Counted from the stretch's first letter, positions 1-9,999 are shown. The stretch: DNA of 64,000 bases from an uncultured Clostridia bacterium (GCA_944393315.1 CALXZT010000001.1:10252-74251); one strand, 5' to 3'. The notes: generated by a model from the letters alone, not told the origin. Numbers and translations: made by a program.

Positions 1-898
1 CTAATGGTGTTCCACCATTTTCATCAAATCCAATTGCAATTGTATGCATGCCACCTTTTCTAGTTATATTAAATGTTTCAATGTTTGATTCTTGTCTAAT
101 TGCCCCTTCATTTGTAGCAGTTAGATGTTCAGTGGTTGAATTTAGACCTTCTTGTTTACTTAGTTGTAACTTATCTTCTCCTATAACATTTGCGGTTCCG
201 TCTGGAAATATTTCAATAGGTATTGTTCGTTGACTTGTTGGTATTTTAATATCTGGAATTAGTTTTCTTATTATATCAGCATCAACAATTTGCAGATATT
301 TTCCATCTAAGCCTATAATATTTCTTAATGGTTCTTCATCAACAATTTGATTAAGAGAAATTTTAGGTCCTTTTAAATTATTCGTCTGTGTTTTATTTAG
401 TTGTGGGTCTTCATCTTCAGTTCCTGGCAGTTTTTGTGGTTCTTGCTGTGCTTGTTGCTCTTCTTCGGTTTGTTGTTCCTCCTGATTTTGTTCTTCTTTT
501 AGCTCTTCTAAAGTTTTTGCCTCTTCTATGTCTTGTTTTTCTAATTTATTCATTTCTTCTGGTAATTTATCTATCATATCTCCTGATGGAATTATATTTT
601 CGTCAAAAGCTCTTTGTATACCTAGTAATTTTTGATCCTCATCATAGTATCTAATTTGAAATTGTCCACTATGTTCTTCTACTGATATGAATACATCTTT
701 ATCAACTAACTCGCCTTGTTCGTTGATAAACTCCATTTTACCCAAATATTTAATTGTTACAGCTTTATTTAATGCATTCTCATCAGCTTCAAGTTCATCT
801 CTTCCAATAATATCTTTTTTTATTTCATAAATTCTTTTAGATTTTAATGCTTCCATTTCTTCAATTACTTTTTTTCTATCAAATTTTGTATCTTTCAT
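1..898 (-). CDS. hypothetical protein (N-terminal ~300 aa; C-terminus lies beyond window start). Acidic, Q/E-rich middle region
   Basis: Open minus-strand frame from ATG at 898..896 (SD AAAGGAAAG upstream) running off the window start without a stop. Not in the ORF track because it is incomplete. The plus-strand ORFs at 48..233 and 388..654 are its shadows. Confidence 0.5.
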   Translation of the reverse strand, partial: MKDTKFDRKKVIEEMEALKSKRIYEIKKDIIGRDELEADENALNKAVTIKYLGKMEFINEQGELVDKDVFISVEEHSGQFQIRYYDEDQKLLGIQRAFDENIIPSGDMIDKLPEEMNKLEKQDIEEAKTLEELKEEQNQEEQQTEEEQQAQQEPQKLPGTEDEDPQLNKTQTNNLKGPKISLNQIVDEEPLRNIIGLDGKYLQIVDADIIRKLIPDIKIPTSQRTIPIEIFPDGTANVIGEDKLQLSKQEGLNSTTEHLTATNEGAIRQESNIETFNITRKGGMHTIAIGFDENGGTPL

Positions 899-974
899 AT
901 TTAATTTCTTTCCTTTCTTTATAAAGTTGTAACTTATTTAAAATTCTAGATAATTATTATTTTCTAGCCGATTT

Positions 975-2366
975 TCACAACATTTCTGCAATTAAGTCAT
1001 AATCTTTTACATTTATTATTTTACATTTTACGAATTGATTTTTATATTCTGTGATATCACGATTTGCTTCTCTTTGATTATCATATTTGATATATACAAT
1101 TCCGTCAATGTCTGGTACATCTTGGCTTGTTCTTCCAATTAGATATTTTTTATCAAATGAGATGTTTTCAATTAGTACTTCATATTCTCTTCCTATTTTT
1201 TTTGATAAATTTTCTCTTGAAATTTCTTGTTGTAAACTCATTATTTTATTATATCTTGACTTTTTTGTATTTCCATGAATTTGATTTTTCATTCGTGCTG
1301 CAGGTGTTCCCTCTTCCTTGGAATACATAAAAGCTCCCATCTTATCAAATTTAGCTTTTTGTACAAAATCATATAATTCTAAAAAGTCTTCTTTTGTTTC
1401 TCCTGGAAAGCCTACAATAAGAGTTGTTCTTAATATTACATCTGGTATTTGGATTCTAATTTTTTCAATTAATTTTTCAATGGTTGATTTATTTGTTTTT
1501 CTATTCATCGCCTTTAGCATATTGTTTGAAATGTGCTGGATTGGTATATCAAAATATTTGCATATTTTTTTGTTTTTCTTTACTTCGTCTATTAAATCAT
1601 CTTTAATTCCTTCTGGATATGAGTATAAAAAACGTATCCATTTTATTCCTTTTATTTTGCTTAAATCTTGTAATACCTCTTTAAGCATTGGCTTTCCATA
1701 TATATCTATACCATATTTTGTAGTATCTTGTGCTATTACTATTATTTCTTGAATTCCTTGATTTGCAAGTTTTTTGGCTTCTGATAATATGTCTTCTATT
1801 CTTCTACTTGTAAATTTTCCTCTTATATATGGAATCGCGCAATATGTACACATATTGCTACATCCTTCGCCTATTTTTAAATATGCATAATTTTCACCTG
1901 TTGTAATTACTCTGCTTTCATATTCTTGACTAGAAAGTAAAGGCAATTGTTCAATTTCAGATACTTTTGTTATCTTTTTATATGTTGTTTGCAGTGCCTG
2001 ATTATTTTTTATTAGTCCTTCTACTTTATTCCAAAAGTTTTCATATTCGTCTATTCTAATAAATAAATCTACTTCTGGAAGAGCTGATATAAGTTCATTA
2101 TAGTATCTTTGGACTAAACATCCCATAACAATTAGGTATTTACACCTCTTCTTTTTAAATTCTGCCATTTCTAAGATTGTGTTTATTGCCTCCTCTTTGG
2201 CATCTTCTATAAATCCACAGGTATTTACTACAATAATATCAGCTTCTGTTGGGTTGTTTACTATTTTGTATTCATTATTTTTAAATTTTCCTATCATTAC
2301 TTCTGTATCTATTAGATTTTTACTACATCCTAAAGATACAAATCCTACACTCAATTTTTGTTTCAT
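975..2366 (-). CDS. rimO: ribosomal protein S12 methylthiotransferase RimO (radical SAM, MiaB family, TRAM C-terminus)
   Basis: N-terminus VGFVSLGCSKNLIDTE is typical of RimO. Radical-SAM CxxxCxxC (CSNMCTYC). 463 aa. SD AAGAAGGAAAA before ATG. Confidence 0.8.
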   Translation of the reverse strand: MKQKLSVGFVSLGCSKNLIDTEVMIGKFKNNEYKIVNNPTEADIIVVNTCGFIEDAKEEAINTILEMAEFKKKRCKYLIVMGCLVQRYYNELISALPEVDLFIRIDEYENFWNKVEGLIKNNQALQTTYKKITKVSEIEQLPLLSSQEYESRVITTGENYAYLKIGEGCSNMCTYCAIPYIRGKFTSRRIEDILSEAKKLANQGIQEIIVIAQDTTKYGIDIYGKPMLKEVLQDLSKIKGIKWIRFLYSYPEGIKDDLIDEVKKNKKICKYFDIPIQHISNNMLKAMNRKTNKSTIEKLIEKIRIQIPDVILRTTLIVGFPGETKEDFLELYDFVQKAKFDKMGAFMYSKEEGTPAARMKNQIHGNTKKSRYNKIMSLQQEISRENLSKKIGREYEVLIENISFDKKYLIGRTSQDVPDIDGIVYIKYDNQREANRDITEYKNQFVKCKIINVKDYDLIAEML

Positions 2367-2392
2367 TTTTTCCTTCTTTAATATATGATATT

Positions 2393-3580
2393 TTATTTGT
2401 GGCTACATATATGTTTACGTGTTAATTCCATTAAATCTAACCCAGTAAACCCTTCTACTTGTGTTTTTGCTCTGTCGTTTTTCAGTTCTTGTTTTAGAAG
2501 TTTTTCAATTTTATCTTTGTTCTCTTGTTTTTGCATATCAATGTAATCAATTATAATTATCCCACCAATATCTCTTAAGCGTAATTGTTTTGCTATTTCA
2601 ATTGTTGCTTCATAGTTTACTTTATATACTGTGTCTTCTAAGTTACTACTTCCCATGTATTTCCCAGTATTTACGTCTATTGCTGTTAAAGCTTCTGTTT
2701 GATCTATAGTAATAAAACCTCCACAATTTAGCCAGATTTTTCTTGCTTCTAGTTTTTCTTTTTGTTTTTGGATTTCATATAAATCAAATATGTTAGATTT
2801 TTCATTTAACTCTAGCTTTGTAGAGTTTTCTATTCCGTATTCTTTTAACATTTTACTAATATGTTCATATTCTTTTTTATCATCAAAAATTATTTTTTCT
2901 ATTTTTTCATCTGCTAAATCTATTATTAGTTTTTCAGTTATTCCTGGGTTTTTGTATATTAACTGTGGTGCTGACTCACACTTGTCTGCATCCTCTTTTA
3001 TTTTTTTCCATTTTGCTAGTAAAAAGTTTATATCATTTTCTATTTCAGTTTTTGATCTTTTATATGCTGCTGTTCTTATTACAATTCCTGTATTTTCTGG
3101 TAATACTCCTCTTGCTATTTCTAGTAATCTTTGTTTTTCATCTTCATTTTCAATTTTTTGAGAAATTGTTATTATATTTGTGTTTGGCATAAGTACAGTT
3201 AGTCGTCCTACTAGACTTAAATGTGCAGATACTCTAGCTCCTTTTTTTGCATTACTGTCCTTTTTTACTTGTACTAAAATTTTATCATTTGGTTTTACCA
3301 CTTTTTTAATATTTTGCTCTACTTTTTTGCTAGACTTTTCATTTTTTTGATCTTCTTGTGGTAATATATCTTTTAAATGAATAAAACTATTTTTGTCTGT
3401 GCCAATATTTAAAAATGCTGCTTGCATTCCTGGTATAATGTCTTTTACTACCCCCATGTAGATATTTCCTTCATTTTTGTTATCACTATTGTTTTCTTCA
3501 TATATTTCAATTAATTTTCCATTTTCAACTAAAGCTATTTGTTTGCTTTCCTTTTTTTTGCTTACTATTATTTCTAACAT
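2393..3580 (-). CDS. rng: ribonuclease G/E family protein (S1 domain + RNase E/G catalytic core)
   Basis: S1-like N-terminus, RNase E/G-type core motifs (GGIIIIDYIDM, TALTAIDVNTG). SD AAGGAAGGAAA. Confidence 0.75.
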   Translation of the reverse strand: MLEIIVSKKKESKQIALVENGKLIEIYEENNSDNKNEGNIYMGVVKDIIPGMQAAFLNIGTDKNSFIHLKDILPQEDQKNEKSSKKVEQNIKKVVKPNDKILVQVKKDSNAKKGARVSAHLSLVGRLTVLMPNTNIITISQKIENEDEKQRLLEIARGVLPENTGIVIRTAAYKRSKTEIENDINFLLAKWKKIKEDADKCESAPQLIYKNPGITEKLIIDLADEKIEKIIFDDKKEYEHISKMLKEYGIENSTKLELNEKSNIFDLYEIQKQKEKLEARKIWLNCGGFITIDQTEALTAIDVNTGKYMGSSNLEDTVYKVNYEATIEIAKQLRLRDIGGIIIIDYIDMQKQENKDKIEKLLKQELKNDRAKTQVEGFTGLDLMELTRKHICSHK

Positions 3581-3599
3581 TGTATTTCCTTCCTTGTTT

Positions 3600-4157
3600 T
3601 TAATTGAATTTATTCATTGCTATATCAATTCCATTTTTTAATATTTCGATTACAGCTTCTGTAGCTTTTGATACTCCTTCTTCTAATTCTTCTTTAGTTT
3701 TGTTAGATAGCCTACCTATAACATATTTTATTTTGTCTTCATTTTCCATAGGTTTTCCTATTCCAATTCTAATTCTTGGAAATTCTATTGTTCCTAAGTT
3801 CTCAACAATTGATTTCATTCCATTATGTGTTCCGCTATGTCCTTTTTTTCGTATTTTTATTTCACCTATATTTATGTCCATATCATCATAGATTATTAAT
3901 ATATTACTCGCCGGAATTTTATAAAAATTTGCAAATTCTCGTACACATACTCCACTTAAGTTCATATATGTTTGAGGCTTTAGTAAAATTACCTCTTTTC
4001 CTTCTATATTACACTTTTCGTACAAGCCATTAAATTTGTTTTTTGCTAATTTTATATTATATTTTGCACATATTTTATTTATTGCATCAAAACCCATATT
4101 GTGTCTTGTCATACTATATTCTTCTTCTGGATTTCCTAGACCTACTATTAAATACAT
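3600..4157 (-). CDS. pth: peptidyl-tRNA hydrolase
   Basis: LIVGLGNPEEEYSMTRHNMGF signature, 185 aa. No SD of its own. A mini-ORF with a strong SD sits 12 nt upstream (see findings). Confidence 0.9.
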   Translation of the reverse strand: MYLIVGLGNPEEEYSMTRHNMGFDAINKICAKYNIKLAKNKFNGLYEKCNIEGKEVILLKPQTYMNLSGVCVREFANFYKIPASNILIIYDDMDINIGEIKIRKKGHSGTHNGMKSIVENLGTIEFPRIRIGIGKPMENEDKIKYVIGRLSNKTKEELEEGVSKATEAVIEILKNGIDIAMNKFN

Positions 4158-4169
4158 TTTTTTATTTAT

Positions 4170-4198
4170 ATGTTAGTTTTCTAACATGTCTCCTTTTT
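4170..4198 (-). promoter_or_regulatory. conserved leader element: SD AAGGAGA + mini-ORF ATG-TTA-GAA-AAC-TAA (MLEN) forming the palindrome ATGTTAGAAAACTAACAT, immediately upstream of pth
   Basis: Sequence read directly. The identical element recurs at 6582..6606. Confidence 0.4.
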
Positions 4199-4239
4199 AA
4201 TATTTTTCTTAACTAGTATACCAAATTTTTTAGCTAATA

Positions 4240-5295
4240 TCAACATTTTATTTTGCTTTTAAAAACCCATTCTCTTTGTATTACGAAATTTATTATAAAA
4301 ATAATTGTATCAACTATTATTTTTATTAGTGTTGAATTTATATGTAATAATTTAAATAGCTCAGATACTGCAAATGCAGAAATAAACATTTGAACTATGC
4401 ATAGTATGAAATATTTAATTATTGAACCTTTATTTTTATTTTTAAATACAACTTTTGAGTTTATTAAAAAATTATAAACAGCAGAAATAATTCTTGCAAT
4501 TATTGTTGCTATTACTATGTTTGTTATTCCATTTAAATTAATTTCAGGTAAAATATTCACAAGTAATGTGAATAACAGTATATCTAATATAAAGGAGCTT
4601 AATGACGATATAATGTATTTTATAAATAGTTTATATATCATTATTGAATCCCCTATAGCATCGAAATGGCTTAAAGAGTTATTTCTAATGTATACTGTTG
4701 ATATTGGTACTTCTGCTATTTGTATATCTTTTTGTTTACACTCTATTAACATGTTAGTTTCAAATTCATATCTTTCTCCTTTAGTTTGCATAAAAGTTTC
4801 CATTGTTTTTCGTCCAAATGCTCTTAGACCAGATTGTGTATCAGTTATTTTTATCCCTACAAATGTATTAAAAATTCCCCTTGTTATTTTGTTTCCATAT
4901 CTACTTCTAAATGGTACTTGTTTCTCATCAAAATTTCTAAACCCTATTACTAATTTGTTTGGATCTTCTCTTAATTTATTTGCACATTTTATAATGTCTT
5001 CTACATAATGTTGTCCATCACAATCTGCAGTAACAGCTCCTATTATCTTAGGGTAATTACTTAGTATATAGTTAAAAGCTGTTTTTATTCCTCTACCTTT
5101 TCCTAAATTTATGTAATGCTTTAAAACTACTATTCCTTCATTTTTCAAATTTTCAAAAAATTGAGTGTATTCTATTCCACTTCCATCATCAACAACCACA
5201 ATATTTTTGAAATTATCTTTCACTTTTTTTATGAATTCCATCATTATTTCTCTATCTGGTTTGTATGATGGAATTATTATCACCATATCTTCCAT
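4240..5295 (-). CDS. family 2 glycosyltransferase fused to a GtrA-like membrane domain (polyprenyl-phosphate sugar transferase, CsbB/GtrB-like)
   Basis: N-terminal IIIPSYKPDREI...VVVDDGSG GT-A fold with a DxD-like motif. C-terminal multi-TM GtrA-like tail. Confidence 0.7.
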   Translation of the reverse strand: MEDMVIIIPSYKPDREIMMEFIKKVKDNFKNIVVVDDGSGIEYTQFFENLKNEGIVVLKHYINLGKGRGIKTAFNYILSNYPKIIGAVTADCDGQHYVEDIIKCANKLREDPNKLVIGFRNFDEKQVPFRSRYGNKITRGIFNTFVGIKITDTQSGLRAFGRKTMETFMQTKGERYEFETNMLIECKQKDIQIAEVPISTVYIRNNSLSHFDAIGDSIMIYKLFIKYIISSLSSFILDILLFTLLVNILPEINLNGITNIVIATIIARIISAVYNFLINSKVVFKNKNKGSIIKYFILCIVQMFISAFAVSELFKLLHINSTLIKIIVDTIIFIINFVIQREWVFKSKIKC

Positions 5296-5366
5296 AACAT
5301 TCCTCTTTTATTTTATTATATTCTACGAAATTTTACACATAGTAAGAAGGTTTTAGTAAAATATAA

Positions 5367-6569
5367 TTATTCGTTTTTTTGACTATTATCTGTAACTGAT
5401 TGCATGTTTACTAATTTCCATTTTGCATTTTCTTTTTTATCATCTGTTTCATAAGCATAAACAAAATACATTCTTTCATTCATTTTGTCTTCAATTATTT
5501 TGCCACCAGACTTCAATTTTAAATTTTTTTGTAAGTATACTTCACATGAGAAAGCATTTTCGTTGTAAATTTCGAAATTACTCATTTTTTCGTTTGTAAA
5601 TGTTGGATTTAATAGTGTATGACTGCTTACAAATGTGATGTCAACTCCAGTTGCCCAATTGTAAGCAAATTTTTCTATTTCTGAATCAGCTATTAAGTGT
5701 TTTCTTATATTATAATAGCCATGTAAACGTCCCTCTAAGTCGTCTGTTAAATATAAGCTCCAGTCTTTTGCTACAGTTAATATATCAGGTTCTCCTTTGA
5801 TATATGATTTTGCTTCTTCTTCAGTTTGTGCAAATATAAAATCTAATTTTTTTGATATTGTGTTTCCCTTTTTTGTATATTCTATCTTATTTTCGTTTGA
5901 ATCTAATATTTTTACATCTGGTTCTTTAAGCAAATTATTAACCTCATATTTTACTATATATGGTATTTCTACATATCTTGATATTTGTGCAAGTCCCTCA
6001 TTTTGAATCTTTTCTGTTATTTGTTCTTCAGTTAGTTCTTTATCATTTATATATACTTTGCAATTGTTTGGAACTAATATGTTGCAAGTATAAAGCCCTG
6101 TTTCCATTTTAGGTTCTATTTTTTCAGTTTTCCATGAGTTAAAAGTTAATAGTCCTAATCTATTTTCTTTTTTGGTTCCGTTTAAACTAATTTCTAAAAT
6201 TTTGTTATCATTTGCATAAATATCATATATTGGCTTTTCATTTTCTGTACTGCTTTTATTTAATTTATATGTTATATTATTTGTGTTAAGAAGTTCGTTA
6301 AATCCTTCATTTACAGATACATTTGTTTTTTCAAACTCGCTTATGTCTATTTTTGATATATCTATATATTTTTCTATTTTTTTATTTTTGCTTGCTTTTT
6401 TTAAGTTATTAATTATACCTTCAATATAGTTTTCTGTTTGGTTTTTTTCATATTTAACTAAACTATCTGCCACGTACCCTAAAAATGCTAACATTAATAT
6501 AAATAAAATTATTACATATATATTTAAGAATTTTTTAAATTTCGATTTTTTTTGTTTTTTTTGCTCCAT
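5367..6569 (-). CDS. hypothetical membrane-anchored extracytoplasmic protein (400 aa)
   Basis: N-terminal K-rich segment followed by a single TM (YVIILFILMLAFLGYV). No recognisable catalytic motif. Preceded by the same mini-ORF element as pth. Confidence 0.5.
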   Translation of the reverse strand: MEQKKQKKSKFKKFLNIYVIILFILMLAFLGYVADSLVKYEKNQTENYIEGIINNLKKASKNKKIEKYIDISKIDISEFEKTNVSVNEGFNELLNTNNITYKLNKSSTENEKPIYDIYANDNKILEISLNGTKKENRLGLLTFNSWKTEKIEPKMETGLYTCNILVPNNCKVYINDKELTEEQITEKIQNEGLAQISRYVEIPYIVKYEVNNLLKEPDVKILDSNENKIEYTKKGNTISKKLDFIFAQTEEEAKSYIKGEPDILTVAKDWSLYLTDDLEGRLHGYYNIRKHLIADSEIEKFAYNWATGVDITFVSSHTLLNPTFTNEKMSNFEIYNENAFSCEVYLQKNLKLKSGGKIIEDKMNERMYFVYAYETDDKKENAKWKLVNMQSVTDNSQKNE

Positions 6570-6581
6570 TTATAATTCTCT

Positions 6582-6606
6582 ATGTTAGTTTTCTAACATA
6601 TCTCCC
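6582..6606 (-). promoter_or_regulatory. second copy of SD (GGGAGA) + MLEN mini-ORF/palindrome ATGTTAGAAAACTAACAT, 14 nt upstream of the 400-aa gene start
   Basis: Identical 18-nt palindrome and mini-ORF as at 4170..4187. Confidence 0.4.
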
Positions 6607-6632
6607 TTCTATTTTTCATAATACATTCAGTT

Positions 6633-7688
6633 TTAATCTCTTTTTTCTACAATAAACCCTGTTGGCAACTTCCATGAAGAATTTGCATAGTAAAATGTTA
6701 CACTTGACATTTCATATTTTCCGTTATAATACATGCTTGATGAGCTTCCTCCATCTAAATTTGCTGCATTTACTGCTCCATATTCTTTCATAATCTTTAT
6801 TAAGTCTGCTGCTGTTGCTCCTAAATGTCCAGATGCTCCTCTTCCATCTGTTACTAATAGTAATACTGTTCCATCTGCTTTCTGTCCTATTGCTGTACGA
6901 GGATTTGCTCCACTTCCCTTACCATCTACTTTTCTTTCTTCTCCATTCACAATTAGTTTTACAAAATGGTTATTTGCATCACTACTTTCTTCTTGAAAAG
7001 TAACTGCATCACGGATTTTTTCTGTTTTGATTAACTCCTCTATTTGATTTTCATTTTTCCCTTCTAAACTTTCAATTCTTAATATGTTATTTTCGTCAAA
7101 CCCTATCAAGTGTAATCCTGCATAACCATACGGCTTATTGTGTTGGATTTCCCCATTGGCAACCACAACTCCAAGAGGTTGTCCTCCTTTGTTTCCTGTT
7201 GATAAGTAAAGTCCACCATTTATTCCTGCTATGGCATTATTTTGATTTACTAATTTTTCTAATTCTACTCCATATTCTTTCCAAGGATATGTGGTTGCTA
7301 ATTTTATTCTAGCTGGATCATTTATAATTAACATTTTTGCAAAAAAGGTGTTTCCTGATATCTCTTCTATTGTTATTCCATTTTTATCAAACTCTTTGTC
7401 TTTTTCTGTGTCTTTTATATTTATTAAGTCTATATTTACCTCTGTGTTCATAGCCTCAACTGAGTTTCTATTTACTAAAGATTGTAATTCTTCTTGTGAT
7501 AAAAACATTGTTGCTAGAAATTTCATTTGCCCTGTTTCTAACATTGTTGTTGCAAATAATTCTTTTGCACTTTCAGATATTCCACTACATATCATCTTTA
7601 TCGTCATAACTAAAGTGATTACTATAAATATTATTGTTATTAATATTATTAATAATATCTTTAATATTGCTCCGAAAAATTTTTTCAT
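6633..7688 (-). CDS. phosphodiester glycosidase family protein (NAGPA 'uncovering enzyme'-like, DUF2233), membrane anchored
   Basis: N-terminal TM. C-terminal NAANLDGGSSSSMYYNG motif characteristic of the phosphodiester glycosidase family. Confidence 0.65.
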   Translation of the reverse strand: MKKFFGAILKILLIILITIIFIVITLVMTIKMICSGISESAKELFATTMLETGQMKFLATMFLSQEELQSLVNRNSVEAMNTEVNIDLINIKDTEKDKEFDKNGITIEEISGNTFFAKMLIINDPARIKLATTYPWKEYGVELEKLVNQNNAIAGINGGLYLSTGNKGGQPLGVVVANGEIQHNKPYGYAGLHLIGFDENNILRIESLEGKNENQIEELIKTEKIRDAVTFQEESSDANNHFVKLIVNGEERKVDGKGSGANPRTAIGQKADGTVLLLVTDGRGASGHLGATAADLIKIMKEYGAVNAANLDGGSSSSMYYNGKYEMSSVTFYYANSSWKLPTGFIVEKRD

Positions 7689-7758
7689 TTTTATTCCCCT
7701 TATTTTTATATTAATTCTTGCTATTTTTTATGGTTTCATATTAATGACTTACATTATC

Positions 7759-8613
7759 TTACCTAATAAATTTTATAATTTCAGTTCCTGCTATTGCTCC
7801 TTCTGCTACTGCTGTTGATATTTGTAATAGTCCTCCTATGCAGTCCCCTGCTGCATACAAACCTGGTATATTTGTTTCCATTTTACTATTGACTATTATT
7901 TTGTTTTGATCAATTTTTGCTCCTAATTTTCTCGCAAAATCAATACTTGTCGCAACTCCTTCTGCTACAAATACTCCTTTTATTGGAAGTTCTGTATTAT
8001 CTGTAAATTTTACTTTTCTAATAATGTTGTCTCCTTCAAGTTCTTTTATTAAATTATTATTAATTGTTATGTTACTATTTTGCAATTTTTCTGTTTTGGT
8101 ATTTCTATTTCCGTTTGTTAGTATTGTTACCGATTTTACTATATTAGAAAGTTCTTGTGCTTCATGAAAAGCATATTCTCCACTCCCTAATACAGCTACA
8201 TCTTGTCCTCTATATAAAAATCCATCACATATAGCACAGTAACTTATTCCTTTTCCCTCGAATTCTTTTATTCCTTTAATTTTAGGTGAAATCCTATTTG
8301 CTCCAGTTGCAAGTAATACTGCTTTAGATTGGTATTTTCCTTGATTTGTTTCTATTTCAAATTTATCATCATATGAAATTGAAAAAACTTCTTCGTTTTT
8401 AATCAAGACTCCTATTGAGATTGCTTGTTTTATTCCTATTTGGGCAATTTCTTTTCCAGTTGCTGTAATTCCATAATAATTTTCAATTATTTTTGCCTTT
8501 TCTAGTGCTCCTATATCTTTTCCAATTACTAAAACTGATAAATTTGCTCTTTTTATATATAATGATGCTGATATTCCTGCTGGACCTTTTCCTATTATAA
8601 TTACATCATACAT
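7759..8613 (-). CDS. thioredoxin reductase-like FAD-dependent disulfide oxidoreductase (short form)
   Basis: FAD-binding GKGPAGISASLY. Redox-active CAICDG motif. 284 aa. The second dinucleotide-binding motif is atypical (GSGEYAFHEA). Confidence 0.7.
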   Translation of the reverse strand: MYDVIIIGKGPAGISASLYIKRANLSVLVIGKDIGALEKAKIIENYYGITATGKEIAQIGIKQAISIGVLIKNEEVFSISYDDKFEIETNQGKYQSKAVLLATGANRISPKIKGIKEFEGKGISYCAICDGFLYRGQDVAVLGSGEYAFHEAQELSNIVKSVTILTNGNRNTKTEKLQNSNITINNNLIKELEGDNIIRKVKFTDNTELPIKGVFVAEGVATSIDFARKLGAKIDQNKIIVNSKMETNIPGLYAAGDCIGGLLQISTAVAEGAIAGTEIIKFIR

Positions 8614-8678
8614 AAACTTCTCCTTTTACTGTATTATAATATTTTTTATTTTTTTGTTAGCTATACTTTTTAAACTAT

Positions 8679-9089
8679 CTAGTATTCCTCAATAATAATA
8701 GATACTTTTTCCTCTGTTCCATATTTTTTTTCTACATTTAATTTTGTGATTTGAGTGTCATCTTTAAATGCAAATTTGTTCATTGCATCTAATATTATTT
8801 TTACTATGTTGTCTATGTCTGGTTTTTTTGTTGGACTAATGCTGTTATCTAGCATTTTGCCTATTTCTTGTTTTTTAGTGTTTTTAGGTATGTTAAATGA
8901 TGCAGCTATACTAACTGCTATTCTTCCTTCTAATGGTTCAAATTTTGGATATTTTAGCAAAAAGTATTGTTCTACTAGATATTCATAGTCTTTTGTTTTT
9001 GTAGGTGTATATACTATTCCAGTATATGAGTTGACTCGTGGTCTCCCTTTTCCTTTTATAGTTCCTGGTACTTCAAATTCATATTTCAT
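8679..9089 (-). CDS. rusA: RusA-family Holliday junction resolvase (phage-type)
   Basis: GKGRPRVNSYTG...YTPTKTKDYE and overall size (136 aa) match the phage RusA pattern. Isolated phage-type gene next to a compositionally distinct segment. Confidence 0.65.
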   Translation of the reverse strand: MKYEFEVPGTIKGKGRPRVNSYTGIVYTPTKTKDYEYLVEQYFLLKYPKFEPLEGRIAVSIAASFNIPKNTKKQEIGKMLDNSISPTKKPDIDNIVKIILDAMNKFAFKDDTQITKLNVEKKYGTEEKVSIIIEEY

Positions 9090-9273
9090 TTTTTTGTTTT
9101 CTTCTCCTAGATTTTACCATAATTTATGATTTGTATTTTATCACAATTCTATTATAAAGTAAATCATTATAATTATGAATTTTTTTAGTACCGTTTTTGT
9201 AAATATCCGGTACTAATTATAGATGAAATTGGATATCTACTAGTAGATATAGATAGTGCAAATAAATATAGAA

Positions 9274-9315
9274 GTAAAAATCCAAGAGAGGATGTCCTGA
9301 AATAGGACACCCTCT
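9274..9315 (-). terminator. rho-independent terminator (stem AGAGGGTGTCCT/AGGACATCCTCT followed by TGGATTTTT on the minus strand)
   Basis: Hairpin and T-run read directly. Lies downstream of the 9391..9999 gene. Confidence 0.55.
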
Positions 9316-9322
9316 TTCATTA

Positions 9323-9362
9323 TCCAACAAAGAGGAGCTCTACGCAAATAGAGCTCCTCTTT
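9323..9362 (-). terminator. GC-rich hairpin (AGAGGAGCTCTA-tttgcg-TAGAGCTCCTCT) in tandem with the previous terminator
   Basis: 12-14 bp perfect stem. Weak T-run (TTGTTGG). Confidence 0.4.
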
Positions 9363-9390
9363 GGCAACAGCAGTTTTTGATTCGGTTGTC

Positions 9391-9999
9391 TCACTCACTT
9401 CCCGCTATACTTTCTTTCGGAATGTACAGCGAATATGTGATGATTTCACCACCAGAGGTTGTGGTTGGTGGATTCTTATTATTATCTACAGTGTACGTCT
9501 GTATCACCGTTTCTAGCAGATACGGCGTTTCACCGTTTTCTATTAAAAATATTTTCGTTGTATCTGCATTCAGTTCCATCCGTCCGACTTCCCCAGTATT
9601 GGGGTTCTTGACGTAATAGAACTGGTACGTTACCTTGTATGTCACTTCCCCCTCTGTATTATAGCTTTCATTCTTATACAGAAAAAGGCATGTGCCATCT
9701 CCTTCTCCTCTGGTTTCCCATCCCTGGAGTTTTTCTGAATCCTCAAATAATAGGAGTTCATACTTTATCTCCTTTTTTTTCTCTTGCTTTATCTCAATGT
9801 TCGCTTCGTACTTCGCTTTCTCCTCTGCATTGTTATGGGCCTTTGTCACTCCATATGCCGCTAAACATAGGAAGGCTACAACAAATAGTGCAACGGCCAC
9901 ATTGAATTTCGAGTCATCAGTTTTTATTACCGCCCAACAGAACATCGCTATAAAAGCTACTCCAAAAATAATCGTCACGACTAAAAACACTGTTTGCAT
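9391..9999 (-). CDS. hypothetical membrane protein (two N-terminal TMs), compositionally foreign (higher GC)
   Basis: 202-aa ORF. GC noticeably higher than surroundings, with GC-rich codons such as GCG, GCC and GTG. No family recognised. Confidence 0.5.
   Translation of the reverse strand: MQTVFLVVTIIFGVAFIAMFCWAVIKTDDSKFNVAVALFVVAFLCLAAYGVTKAHNNAEEKAKYEANIEIKQEKKKEIKYELLLFEDSEKLQGWETRGEGDGTCLFLYKNESYNTEGEVTYKVTYQFYYVKNPNTGEVGRMELNADTTKIFLIENGETPYLLETVIQTYTVDNNKNPPTTTSGGEIITYSLYIPKESIAGSE

Noticed and set aside
388-654. Plus-strand hydrophobic 88-aa ORF
   Set aside because: Antisense to the long open minus-strand frame (1..898) that has a proper SD and start
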